Positions 1 through 9,685 of a DNA stretch of 64,000 bases are shown piece by piece. The position numbers were made by a program, and so were the translations under genes. The DNA lies in assembly GCA_965204725.1 (NCBI GenBank), contig OZ242005.1, positions 3,968,001-4,032,000 of the forward strand, written 5' to 3'. Each line of letters opens with the position of its first letter. The first letter of the stretch is position 1. This DNA comes from Candidatus Latescibacterota bacterium (GTDB lineage: Bacteria; Latescibacterota; UBA2968; UBA8231). The notes beneath the pieces were generated by a model that was not told the DNA's origin, did no database searches, and was given only the letters and a program-made list of their open reading frames with translations.

Positions 1-2
1 TC

Positions 3-1514
3 TGTGGGTGCAACCGGAACGATGGCCGACCGTGCGACCGTCTGGTAGAAGAAGGTCGGGATCAGGGTGAGGGCGACTAGGAGGGCGATGATGAGGGTTA
101 GCCCTAGGGCCACTACAAACGGTTCGAAATAACCTTGTAATTCTCGGGAGAGGAAAAACACCGGCAGAAAGGCCCCCAAAGTGGTCAGGTTAGAGACGAC
201 GATAGGATGAACCCCATCGCGCAATCCCGCGGCCACCGCCGCCCGCAAATCCCCTTCGGGGCCGCAGGATTGGGTGCGGCGGTGGAGATAGTCGTAGATG
301 ACAATGGCGTTGTCCACGACCAGCCCAAAACCGATAGTAAAGCCGGCGAGGGTAGCGAGGTTTAGGTGAATGCCGAGGGCAAAGAACAACACGACTGCCC
401 CTAAGACGGACAACCAGATGGAGCTCAAGATGAGCAAGACCGTTTGAAGCCGCCTGAAAACCCCGATCAGCACCAACGCAATAAACGCGATGGAAAAGGC
501 CGACCAGCGCAGCAGAAAGCGGAAGTCCCGCTCTAGCTCGGCTCCCTTGTCGTGCAGTGCGATGATCTCAAAGCCCTCGGGCAGGTGCTGGGAGAGTTCG
601 GCTACTTTCTCCCGGATGTGCTGGGAGGCGCGGATCATGTCGCTACCGGGTGTTTTTTCAAATTGGATGGCAATTGCGTTGCGCCCGTTGATTCGGTAGA
701 GCGACGAAGGTGGGCCGGGCTGGTAGCGCACGGTCGCCACGTCCCCCGTGTACACGGGGCGGCCGTGCTCCAGCCGCTTGAGTGGCGCGTACTTGAGGGT
801 CTCCAAGTCTGCGAGGTTGCCGCGAAGCTGGATGCTACTGAGTGTGCCTTGGCTCGGTGTCTCGCCGAGGAAACGGGTCTGGATGCCCTGAGCGGCTAGT
901 GCTTGGCTCAGTACACCTTGGTCTATTTGCCAGTGCTGCGCCAAGAGGTGGTTCATTTCGAGGAGGATGTGCTGTTGGCTGCCGCCGCGCACGGTCACCT
1001 GCTCGACGCCCGGCACGGATTGCAAGGGCAGCCGCAAGTGCTCGTCTGCGTATTGGCGCAGGACCGCGGAGTCTTCGCGGCCAAGGAGCATTAAACGGAC
1101 GAAGTTTGGGTTGTTCAGCTGATCGGGATCGGTGTGCTGAATGCGGGGCGGCGAAGCACCGAGCGGCATTTGGCGGCGGAACGAATACACCTTTTCGGCT
1201 AGTGATAGCTCGGCCAGTTGTATGTCTGTATCGGGCGCGAATTCAGCGGCGATGTACGCACGCCCCTCGGAACTGGTTGAGCTCAACAGGACCACGCCCC
1301 GCAGACTCTGCACGAGCGACTCCAAGGGCGCGGTAATCTGCGACTCAACGGTGAAAGCAGAAACCCCAGGCCACTCAACGCTCACGGTGAGTTGGGGAGC
1401 GTCTAATGGGCCGCCGATGTCAATAGGTACCAGCCGAAAACAAACCAGCCCCAATGCCAACACCGCCACTCCGGCTACGCCCACGGTCACGGGCCTGTCC
1501 AGCAACTTGTGCAT
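3..1514 (-). CDS. AcrB/MdtC-type RND efflux permease subunit 2 (5' part; runs off window edge)
   Basis: Not in ORF track (no stop in window). Manual translation from ATG 1514: MHKLLDRPVTVGVAGVAVLALG...TVESQITAPLES...GFGLVVDNAIVI, matching RND N-terminal and TM4 motifs; starts 2 nt after stop of the upstream RND gene. Confidence 0.9.
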   Translation of the reverse strand, partial: MHKLLDRPVTVGVAGVAVLALGLVCFRLVPIDIGGPLDAPQLTVSVEWPGVSAFTVESQITAPLESLVQSLRGVVLLSSTSSEGRAYIAAEFAPDTDIQLAELSLAEKVYSFRRQMPLGASPPRIQHTDPDQLNNPNFVRLMLLGREDSAVLRQYADEHLRLPLQSVPGVEQVTVRGGSQQHILLEMNHLLAQHWQIDQGVLSQALAAQGIQTRFLGETPSQGTLSSIQLRGNLADLETLKYAPLKRLEHGRPVYTGDVATVRYQPGPPSSLYRINGRNAIAIQFEKTPGSDMIRASQHIREKVAELSQHLPEGFEIIALHDKGAELERDFRFLLRWSAFSIAFIALVLIGVFRRLQTVLLILSSIWLSVLGAVVLFFALGIHLNLATLAGFTIGFGLVVDNAIVIYDYLHRRTQSCGPEGDLRAAVAAGLRDGVHPIVVSNLTTLGAFLPVFFLSRELQGYFEPFVVALGLTLIIALLVALTLIPTFFYQTVARSAIVPVAPT

Positions 1515-1515
1515 G

Positions 1516-4500
1516 TCAGTCTCTCGCCCGAGCGACGACCGAGTAGAGAATGGGGACGGCGATCAGGATCAACAAGGTTGATAGAGAAATGCCGCCGACA
1601 ACCGCCCACGCCAAGGGACGGCGCAACTCGGCGCCACTGCCGCTAGACAAGGCCATGGGCAACAAGCCGCAGACCGTGGTCAAAGTCGTCATGCAGATGG
1701 GGCGCAAGCGCTTTTGTCCGGCTTCCACGATGGCTTGGCCTAGGTCGCCGCTGGCCCGGTAGTGCCGGTGGATAAAATCGGTTTTGACGATGGAATCGTT
1801 CACTACAATTCCCACGAGGACGATACATCCCAACAAGGACATGATATTTAGTGAGTTACCCGTTAGCCACAGGGTACAGACGACCCCAATGGACGCGAGG
1901 GGCACGGCCACGACGATCACAAAAGGAACGACGAGGGACTCAAACTGGGCGGCGAGAATGAAATAGACCAATACGATGGAAATGGAGAGAATGAGGTACA
2001 GGTTTTGATAGTGTCCCTGCAACTCGGTGTGCTGGGTGCCGATCTCAATCCAGTATCCGGCGGGGATGGCTAGCTGGGGCAGGAATTCGTTTAGCCGAGC
2101 CTTGGCTTCGGCAAAGTCGAGGCCCTGTAAGGAGGCCGTGACGGCGACGGTGCGTGCTTGGTTTTCGCGGTGGATGGCTTCGTAGCCCTCGCTCGGTTTG
2201 AGGCGGACCAACTGAGCAAGCGGAACGGCGACAAGGCGGCCTTGCGTTCTGACTGGGTACTGCATGTTGAGGACGCGCCACAAGTCGAGTTCGGCGCGGT
2301 GCTCAGCTCGCACCTTGATGTCTATGCGATCGGCAAAATTGACGAACTGGGTGGGCGTACTGCCTTGTAGTTGGCGGTTGATAAAGTCGGCAAGTTCGGC
2401 GAGGCGGATGCCGTACTGTAGGGCCGCTTCCCGCTGTACCTCGACGTTGAACACTTGCTTGCTGGCCTGCAAATTAGCGCGGGCGTTGGCAAAGCCGGCG
2501 TCCCGCTGCATAAAATCTGTGATCCGCTGGCTCAAATCGGCGAGGACGGTTAGCTGCGGCCCGATAATTTTCAAGTCGAATTGAGTCTGGTGCTGCTGAA
2601 AGAGCTGCTCAAAGGCCGATTCCGGTGGCGACAGGGAGAGGGTTAGGCGACTGAACTCCCCAAAGGCCGCTTCGATCCGCTCGGCGACGTTTGCGCTTTC
2701 GCGGCCCTCGGCAATCTCGATGTCTAGCACCGCTTTGTTCAGTCCGAGTCGGTACTGTCGGTCGAGGATTTCGCATGTGATGCCGATGGATGAGAGCACG
2801 GACGCGACGCCGTCCTCGCGCAGCAGGCGGCGTTCCAGTTTGGTAACTTCCGCCGCAGTGGTCGGCAGATTGGTCCCTGGCGGCAGTTCGGCGCGGAGGA
2901 CTAAATGCTTCCTATCGACGGTGGGTATGAGCTCTCGCTCTAGATCGGTGGCTAGATAGGTACTCAGTGCAAGGAGGACGAACAGTGTGCAGAAGACTTT
3001 CCAGCGATGGCGCAGGGCGCGGACGAGGCCGTACTCGTACAGCAAGAAAAACTTATTGAACAGGTATTGAAAGAGGTCTATGGTGAGGAGGAAAGGGGTG
3101 GCTGCTACGCGCCCAATGCGGTAAAGCCGCCCCGTTGTATTAGGTGCGTTCCAAGACCGAGCCGACAGCATGGGCAGTAGCATGATCGACACGATCAAAG
3201 AGGCTGCCAACGCCAGAGAGATGGTGACGGCCTGCTCGTAAAAGAGTGCCCCAGCGATCCCTTTGACGTACACCAAGGGCATGAAAACCGACATGGTGGT
3301 AAGGGTCGAAGCCGTGATGGCCAAGCCCACCTCGCGGGTGCCGCGGACTGCTGCTTCGCCCGGATCGTGAGACATTTCGCGGTAGCGGTAGATGTTTTCC
3401 AGCACGACGATGGAGTTGTCAACTAAGATGCCGATGCCTAAGGCGAGGCCCCCCAACGACACAACGTTAAAGTGGATGTCGAGAAAGTACATACAGATAA
3501 AGGTGGCAATAATGGAGATCGGTATGGACAGCCCCACGATGAGCGGGTTTTTGAGATCGCGAAGAAAGTAAATGAGAATGACAAAGGCAAAGAGTCCGCC
3601 CAAGTACAGAGATTGTAGGACGTTGTGTATGGATTCGCTGATGAACTCGGCTTGGTCGAAGACCGGCACGACGTCGAAGTCCGCGTACTCTTGCGAAAAG
3701 CGATAGAGGCTGTCATACACTTTTGCGGAGGCTTCCACGGTGTTGGTGCCGGCCTCCTTGAACACATACAGGGTAATAACTTCGTGTCCATTCAAACGGG
3801 TGTAGCCGGTGCGTTCCGCATAGCCTTCTTCGACGCGGGCCACGTCCTGTAAGCGGATTAGTTTGGGCGTTAGCTGCACCGGGGTTTGGCGGATTTGTTG
3901 TACGTCGGTGAACTCGGCTTGTATGCGCAGGGGAAACTGGGCAAAACCGTCGCGGATCGAGCCGCCGAAGTGGGTTATGTTGAACTGCTTGAGACTGGAT
4001 TCCACCTCTGCAAAGCCGACGTTATAGCGCAGGCTTTTCTCGGTGTCGAGATGGATTTGGATCTCGCGGTCTAGCCCGCCAGCGACCTGCACGTAGGCCA
4101 CGCCATCGATCTGCTCTAACCGGCGTTTGACGACGGCCTGCGCCACTTCCTTCAGTTCCATGAGGGCGGCTTGGTGGTCCCAGGTGGAGCGGGGCTGTTC
4201 GACCCGATCGCCGGTGACCACGAGCGTCATAATGGGGGCGGCCGAAGGATCGAAGCGCAAAATGGTAGGGCGGCCGGCCGTTTGCGGCAGGTGGCCTTGA
4301 TCGAGGCTGCTGCGTGCCTTGATGAAGCTGAGGTCCATGTCGCTGCCCCAGTTGAACTCGACCTCGACAAAAGAGATGCCGTCTTGCGAGATGGACTTGA
4401 GCCGCCGTACGCCGCTTATGGTGCTGAGAGATGCTTCGATGGGACGGGTGACATGTTCTTCTACGTCGCGGGCACTTAGGCTGGGTGCGTCCGTGCGGAC

Positions 4501-4638
4501 GATGAGCCGGGGAATGTCGATGTCGGGGAGGAAATCTACGCCTAGCCGAGAGAGAGAGTATAAACCCAAGAGGAGCGCGGCGAGAAAGCAAACCGTAGTG
4601 GCCACGGGTCGATAGACGGCAAAGCGCACGATACGCAT
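1516..4638 (-). CDS. AcrB/MdtB-type RND efflux permease subunit 1
   Basis: Likely start ATG 4638 (MRIVRFAVYRPVAT); motifs VEEHVTRPIE, GILVDNSIVVLENI, GIVVNDSI, RLRPICMTTLTT; about 1040 aa. Confidence 0.95.
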   Translation of the reverse strand: MRIVRFAVYRPVATTVCFLAALLLGLYSLSRLGVDFLPDIDIPRLIVRTDAPSLSARDVEEHVTRPIEASLSTISGVRRLKSISQDGISFVEVEFNWGSDMDLSFIKARSSLDQGHLPQTAGRPTILRFDPSAAPIMTLVVTGDRVEQPRSTWDHQAALMELKEVAQAVVKRRLEQIDGVAYVQVAGGLDREIQIHLDTEKSLRYNVGFAEVESSLKQFNITHFGGSIRDGFAQFPLRIQAEFTDVQQIRQTPVQLTPKLIRLQDVARVEEGYAERTGYTRLNGHEVITLYVFKEAGTNTVEASAKVYDSLYRFSQEYADFDVVPVFDQAEFISESIHNVLQSLYLGGLFAFVILIYFLRDLKNPLIVGLSIPISIIATFICMYFLDIHFNVVSLGGLALGIGILVDNSIVVLENIYRYREMSHDPGEAAVRGTREVGLAITASTLTTMSVFMPLVYVKGIAGALFYEQAVTISLALAASLIVSIMLLPMLSARSWNAPNTTGRLYRIGRVAATPFLLTIDLFQYLFNKFFLLYEYGLVRALRHRWKVFCTLFVLLALSTYLATDLERELIPTVDRKHLVLRAELPPGTNLPTTAAEVTKLERRLLREDGVASVLSSIGITCEILDRQYRLGLNKAVLDIEIAEGRESANVAERIEAAFGEFSRLTLSLSPPESAFEQLFQQHQTQFDLKIIGPQLTVLADLSQRITDFMQRDAGFANARANLQASKQVFNVEVQREAALQYGIRLAELADFINRQLQGSTPTQFVNFADRIDIKVRAEHRAELDLWRVLNMQYPVRTQGRLVAVPLAQLVRLKPSEGYEAIHRENQARTVAVTASLQGLDFAEAKARLNEFLPQLAIPAGYWIEIGTQHTELQGHYQNLYLILSISIVLVYFILAAQFESLVVPFVIVVAVPLASIGVVCTLWLTGNSLNIMSLLGCIVLVGIVVNDSIVKTDFIHRHYRASGDLGQAIVEAGQKRLRPICMTTLTTVCGLLPMALSSGSGAELRRPLAWAVVGGISLSTLLILIAVPILYSVVARARD

Positions 4639-4649
4639 GGCCGGTGCTC

Positions 4650-5816
4650 TCAGCGTTGGACGACCACGACCTTGGCGTCGTGGGCTAGATTGTAGTGCCC
4701 GAATACGATAAGTTCTTCGCCTGCTTCTACCCCTTCGGTAATCTCGATAAAGTCGTCGTTTTCGAGGCCGGTCTTGACGTAGCGCCATTGGGCTAGCCCG
4801 TCTTGGTGGATGAACACTAGCTTGCGGTCGTCGCGGGTTAGGAGCGCGTCGCGCGGTATGAGCAGCCGCTGCTGAAAGGCTTCGACGCCGATTTCGAGCC
4901 GGGCGAACATACCGGGTTTGATGCGCCGGTCGGGGTTGGCCACTTGGATCAAGATGCGGCAAGTTCCGCTTTCACTATCGACTACCGGACTGATGGCTTT
5001 GACCGCACCCACAAACGAGTCGTCGGGATACGCGTGCAACGCGATGGTTGCTTGGGCACCGACGTGTAGCAGGCGCAGTTCGCTTTCGAGGCTGCTGACT
5101 TCGAGCAGCAGCGGGTCGAGTGCCAAAAGCTGCATCAGGGACTGGCCTTGGGTGACCCAAGTGCCGAGGGTTACTTCCACTTCGGTAACAGTGCCGACAA
5201 AAGGTGCTGTAATAACTGCATTTTTGCGGTCGAGGTCGGCCTGCTTCAGGGCGAGTCGAGCGCGGGTTAGGCCCGTAGTGCTGGCGATCCATTCTTTGGG
5301 GGTGCCGCTGGCAAACAGCGATAGAGCTTCTACGTCGTTGATGTTGGTGGTGTCGGCTTTGGTCTTGATGAGGTCGCGTGCTTGGTGCCCGCGGTCCAAT
5401 TGGCCGCTCAACAAGGCTATGGAGGCGTATTCCCGTAGGGCGCGCGTCATCTGGTCCTTTGCCTGTAGGTACGCGATGGCATAGCGTTCCGCGTCTAGCT
5501 CCAAAATAGTATCTCCCTTGCTGACGAAGCGACCTTCCTCGACGTTGAGGCGGCGCACTTGGCCGGCTATTTGGGAGACGATAGCCGTCTCCATTTTGGC
5601 CTTGAAGACGCCTGTCGAGGTGATTTTCTGAACGAGGTCGCGGTGCTGGACGGTGTCTATGGCGACCGGAGTGTTGGGTGGTTCAAGTTCGGGGAGAGTG
5701 TCGAGGGATTCATCGCGGGGATTTTGCGATGGCGCGGAATCGCTGAAAATCGCAAATAATAGGGTGAGTAGCCCAAGCGCGAGAGCGATATATAGGAGTT
5801 TCTTTAGTGTCGTCAT
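4650..5816 (-). CDS. RND efflux periplasmic adaptor (membrane fusion protein)
   Basis: N-terminal TM, lipoyl-like halves (VEEGRFVSKGD; ITAPFVGTV), IKPGMFAR motif; directly upstream of RND genes. Confidence 0.93.
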   Translation of the reverse strand: MTTLKKLLYIALALGLLTLLFAIFSDSAPSQNPRDESLDTLPELEPPNTPVAIDTVQHRDLVQKITSTGVFKAKMETAIVSQIAGQVRRLNVEEGRFVSKGDTILELDAERYAIAYLQAKDQMTRALREYASIALLSGQLDRGHQARDLIKTKADTTNINDVEALSLFASGTPKEWIASTTGLTRARLALKQADLDRKNAVITAPFVGTVTEVEVTLGTWVTQGQSLMQLLALDPLLLEVSSLESELRLLHVGAQATIALHAYPDDSFVGAVKAISPVVDSESGTCRILIQVANPDRRIKPGMFARLEIGVEAFQQRLLIPRDALLTRDDRKLVFIHQDGLAQWRYVKTGLENDDFIEITEGVEAGEELIVFGHYNLAHDAKVVVVQR

Positions 5817-6871
5817 TTTGTAAGCTCGCGATCTTTGCCATGGACAAGATCAACGCTCAGTTGCGATCTGCTCAAGGTTTGAGAGTGAGCGGCTAGAACA
5901 TCTAGGGCCTTCCGTTCTTGGATGGCGATGGCGTGAAGCCGGGCCTGAATGCGCGGGATTAGCCTTGGCGTCTCCTTGACTACGCCTTTGAAGCACAGAT
6001 TTTTGGCGACAAACCAACTCTGAGAAATCGACTCGAATTCCCGGCCGAGAGCACTTAGGCCATCAAGGCCGCAGATCCGACTCGCATAGTGGAGAAAGGC
6101 ACCGTGTCCTTCTCGGTTCAGGGCGATCTCGAGGAACAGTTCAGTACATTGATTCAGGCGTGTTTTGAGAAGTTGCTTTTCGCATTCCGTCCATATTTCT
6201 ACGTCCTCGGCGAGCTGCTCAATCCCGGCCACGCCCGGTACGCAATTGGCCCGTATGCTGGTTGCAGACATACTGGCGATATTGCGTTGCAGAATGGCGA
6301 CTACATGGCGCAGACGCACCCTAGGCGGCTCGTCCGGTACGTCTAGCCAGAGCCAGTCAAAGCAGGGCTGGTCCGCGCCAGCAATAGCCCGCGTGTCCCA
6401 ACACGATAGAAAGAGGTCCAAGGGGATGTCTCGCGCCGAAGGCTGCCACGGCGAAGGATCTATCAAATGAACGGTCCCAGCCCCATCATCATACCCGGCG
6501 ACGATGCACTGATGGTCTGAGTGACGCTGGCGCGGATAGAACCCGGCTCCCGCTAGATGGAAGACGTCTAGATTGATGGATACAGGCGCATCTGCATCCA
6601 ATCGTTTTTTGACTTGGTTCCACGCCGCCCTACCATCATCAGAAGTCTCGTCGAATGGCTTAATGCCGAACCGCTGGATCATGGAAAAGAGGGGAGCTGG
6701 GCGACTCCTGATGTTGAACGATTCGCCTCTAAAGTAGAAAAAGTCCCAGTTGTAAAAAGCGGGCAGCGACGGTTCCCATTGGTAGTAGCGCAACAAGCTG
6801 TCGAGCATGACGTAGAGGCAGTTGTAGTGCCGATTAGTGCAGAAGGGAATACCGCTAATGCGCTTTTTCAC
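5813..6871 (-). CDS. BtrH-like protein (BtrH_N papain/C39-like fold plus DUF4872-like C-terminus), putative ACP-dependent acyltransferase or peptidase
   Basis: HYNCLY (Cys), HQCIVAGYDD (His), HLIDP (Asp) triad; C-terminal GVAGIEQLAE helix region. GTG 6871 overlaps upstream stop (GTGA); ORF track start is 6892. Confidence 0.75.
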   Translation of the reverse strand: MKKRISGIPFCTNRHYNCLYVMLDSLLRYYQWEPSLPAFYNWDFFYFRGESFNIRSRPAPLFSMIQRFGIKPFDETSDDGRAAWNQVKKRLDADAPVSINLDVFHLAGAGFYPRQRHSDHQCIVAGYDDGAGTVHLIDPSPWQPSARDIPLDLFLSCWDTRAIAGADQPCFDWLWLDVPDEPPRVRLRHVVAILQRNIASMSATSIRANCVPGVAGIEQLAEDVEIWTECEKQLLKTRLNQCTELFLEIALNREGHGAFLHYASRICGLDGLSALGREFESISQSWFVAKNLCFKGVVKETPRLIPRIQARLHAIAIQERKALDVLAAHSQTLSRSQLSVDLVHGKDRELTK

Positions 6872-7524
6872 AACGAACCTGCTTCTTGACACAAGGTCAA
6901 CGCGAATATGTGCATGGATGGATTATCCGGCATTACGAGATGCGATAGCAGCGGAGTTTCTTTCAATTCAATTACCTGATGCCAGATTCCTGCTTCAATA
7001 AGCGTCTCCTGCATCTGGTAGTCCTCGCCCGGCGGGGTTATGCCGAAGAGGAATACGTGGGGAGTGAGACTATCGGGAGAGATCAGTTGGCCCATAAATG
7101 CCTCGCGCTCTCCGTACTGAAGCCCTTTGTAATGCGAGGCGTCACTGAGCCCGAGAACTGCTTGAGTGCGGGAACCGTCCGGCGAGTGCAACAGGACGAT
7201 TTCGGCCGTGGCCCGCCAGTCGCATAGCCCCAGAACGTGGAGGGCGCGATAGCGTCCTATTGGCAGTGGGGTTTCTTGCACCTCGCAGGCGATGTTGTCG
7301 TGCGCTCCATCGCTTTTATCTGGAAAAACAAACGATGTGCCGTTGCAACGGACGGTCGCTCCCGACGCCGGGAGATCCTCCGCCCGAAGGATCGTCCCCA
7401 TCCCGTCGAGTCCGTCGGCGGCTGGGTCGCAGGAAGAGGCGATGCCGGCGTTGTTGAAATAAGGTGCTAGGTTCACAGTTACTTGACCATTAGATCGCAT
7501 ATCTGTTTCCGTTTTTCCACTCAA
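6868..7524 (-). CDS. Hypothetical protein (beta-sandwich-like module resembling accessory domains of glycosidases)
   Basis: Overlaps neighbours at both ends; motifs LAPYFNNAGI, DGLDG, FVFP, DNIAC, YRALHVLG; function not assignable. Confidence 0.6.
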   Translation of the reverse strand: MSGKTETDMRSNGQVTVNLAPYFNNAGIASSCDPAADGLDGMGTILRAEDLPASGATVRCNGTSFVFPDKSDGAHDNIACEVQETPLPIGRYRALHVLGLCDWRATAEIVLLHSPDGSRTQAVLGLSDASHYKGLQYGEREAFMGQLISPDSLTPHVFLFGITPPGEDYQMQETLIEAGIWHQVIELKETPLLSHLVMPDNPSMHIFALTLCQEAGSL

Positions 7525-7793
7525 GGCATAGGCGATCGGGCTGCCAACCGCTGTTCTATGTATGAGGTCAAGGTCCGAACTGAATCGAATAGGTCCACCC
7601 GCAGCTCTTCGTCCTCCACTTCAAACCCGAACTCTTCTTCAAGGGCAAAGACGATCTCTAACGCGGCAATGGAATCGGCGTCTAAACCCTCGCCAAATAG
7701 GGACTCGTCATCGGCGATGTCCTCGGGATTGATCTTGAGTTGGAGCCCTTGGACGAGGGCTTGTTTCACTCGTTGAGCTATATCGTCGCGCAT
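7521..7793 (-). CDS. Acyl carrier protein
   Basis: 90 aa, acidic, GLDADSIAALEIVFALEEEFGFEV with phosphopantetheine Ser in DSI. Confidence 0.93.
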   Translation of the reverse strand: MRDDIAQRVKQALVQGLQLKINPEDIADDESLFGEGLDADSIAALEIVFALEEEFGFEVEDEELRVDLFDSVRTLTSYIEQRLAARSPMP

Positions 7794-9685
7794 GGCTGCG
7801 CCTCTTCCTCGGCAAAGTAGTTGATGACCACCTCGATAGCCCGATGGACATCCGCTTCGTCTGCAATGGATACTGCGGGAAGGCCGAACGTCTGTTCCAA
7901 GCGATTCAGTTTGTCGCGCACCTCGGCCGCGGTCATGGGTCGCGGTTTAATAGAGGTTCGGCCATAGGCCGTGCGAATGTGCTTCGCTTGATTGCTCATG
8001 GCCAACAGGAGCGTCGGTGCTTGGCACAGGGCGCGAATGCCGTTGATGGTGTCTTGGATGTAGTCGTCAGTGTCCACGCTGTTGACCACCAATAGGCAGG
8101 CTTGGGGCTTGACGCCCATCAGGAACGCAAGGGTCGGCAGCGTATGGGTCTGCTGTTCCTCTACGTTATAGGGCACCGTGCCCGATTGAGTGCCGACTAA
8201 AATTAGGTCCGGCCGCTTGCGGTGGTTGATTTCCCGTATCTTGGCGTCGAGATAGAGCGCGTAGTAGTCTAGCGGCATCTCAATGGACGCCGCGTAGCCC
8301 ATGGGGAACGCGCATTCCATGCCAAAGAGGGCCGAGTGGTGTTCGGTGCCGATTTGCCCTATCTGGTAGCCTAGTTCCAGCAGCCGGCGGCGCAGGGCGA
8401 GTTGTAGGGTAAATTTACCTTGCTGTGAGCTGGTGCCTGTGACAGCTAAGACCGGCACATCCACTTGGGGCCAGTACTCGGCCGAACGGAGGGTTTGCCG
8501 TATTTCTTTGGAGGACAACGCTGGATAGTATAGCCGCAGGCCCTTGGCGTCAGCCTGTTCGTACAGACCGGCGTACCGCTCGTGCGGCAGGGCCAAGAGG
8601 CTGAATACATGGACGCCTTGGTCTATGGCGGTTTGAACGGCTTCGCGCAGCAGGTCTCTTTTGCGGATGCGGCTAAGTTCGTCCATATAGCCCAAAACGA
8701 GGGTATCGGCACCCCGTAGGGAGGCGGTCAGGCTGGGGGCAATCGGCAGGCCCGCTGGCGGCAGACCAATGGCCTCGCCCGCGTCTTGGCCAACCAAGCC
8801 CTTGCCGACCAGATCGCCGACCCCGACGATCTCAAAGCCGAGCAGGTCACGCCCGCGCACCAGCGAGTGCATCTCCTTGTTGTAGGGATAGAGGGCGGCT
8901 TTCTGAATGTGGGCGAACGAGTCATCAGCATGGGACAGAGAAGTGGTTTTGGGCACGGTGGTGCGGGCAGCTTCGGGTTGAGCATGCGTGCGGAGGATTT
9001 CGCGCACCTGTGCTAAGCCCACCTTGGGATGAGTTTGGCGGATGAGGGTGAGCAAGCCGGTGATGTGGGGCGCGGCAAAGCTGGTGCCCCTCAGCATGAC
9101 CTCGGGCGGCTCCAGCCAGCACAGCCGCTGGAGATCGCCCCAGGCCACGCACTCGATGGCGGCTCCTTGGCGATAGTAGTAATCGCACAGCCCCTGCAAT
9201 AGCCCCGCGCCCACGCCGATGACTTGGGGTAAGTGGGCCGGGTAGCTTTCGCGGCCTTCTTCGTGATCGGCGGCTACCATTAGAACGCCTTGGTCTGCGG
9301 CCTGTTGGCAGATGCGGGCCAAGGCGTCGCGCTGCGTTACTTCGGTGGTGCCCAAACTCAGGTTGATGATGTCTATACCTTGGTCTAAGGCCCATTCAAT
9401 GGCCTTGACTAGCAAGCGGTTGTCGGCTTGTAGCAATTCATCGAAGATGCGGACGCTGTAAAGATCCGCCTCGGATGCTTTGCGACGGATGATGCCGGCG
9501 CAGGCCGTGCCGTGGCCGGCGCAATCGGCGTGATCGGCACTTTGGCGGATCGCGCCATCTGGCCCGATAGTGAGGGCGACGCCACCGGCTATTGGGCCGA
9601 TTTTGGGGTGATTGGGCACGAGGCCGCTATCGACGATAGCGACTTTGACGCCGTGGCCGGTATGGTTCGCAAGGGAAAAGCTCAT
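7778..9685 (-). CDS. Subtilisin-like S8 peptidase fused to DUF1611/TIGR04066-like P-loop domain (peptide maturation protein)
   Basis: S8 triad VAIVDSG / GHGTACAG / GTSFAAP; C-terminal VLAVTGTSSQQGKFTLQL P-loop and LILVGTQSG; ATG 9685 overlaps upstream stop (ATGA); no signal peptide. Confidence 0.88.
   Translation of the reverse strand: MSFSLANHTGHGVKVAIVDSGLVPNHPKIGPIAGGVALTIGPDGAIRQSADHADCAGHGTACAGIIRRKASEADLYSVRIFDELLQADNRLLVKAIEWALDQGIDIINLSLGTTEVTQRDALARICQQAADQGVLMVAADHEEGRESYPAHLPQVIGVGAGLLQGLCDYYYRQGAAIECVAWGDLQRLCWLEPPEVMLRGTSFAAPHITGLLTLIRQTHPKVGLAQVREILRTHAQPEAARTTVPKTTSLSHADDSFAHIQKAALYPYNKEMHSLVRGRDLLGFEIVGVGDLVGKGLVGQDAGEAIGLPPAGLPIAPSLTASLRGADTLVLGYMDELSRIRKRDLLREAVQTAIDQGVHVFSLLALPHERYAGLYEQADAKGLRLYYPALSSKEIRQTLRSAEYWPQVDVPVLAVTGTSSQQGKFTLQLALRRRLLELGYQIGQIGTEHHSALFGMECAFPMGYAASIEMPLDYYALYLDAKIREINHRKRPDLILVGTQSGTVPYNVEEQQTHTLPTLAFLMGVKPQACLLVVNSVDTDDYIQDTINGIRALCQAPTLLLAMSNQAKHIRTAYGRTSIKPRPMTAAEVRDKLNRLEQTFGLPAVSIADEADVHRAIEVVINYFAEEEAQPCATI

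Noticed and set aside
4639-4962. 108-aa N-terminal extension of the 1148-aa RND ORF
   Set aside because: Overlaps the MFP gene in another frame; RND homology begins at ATG 4638
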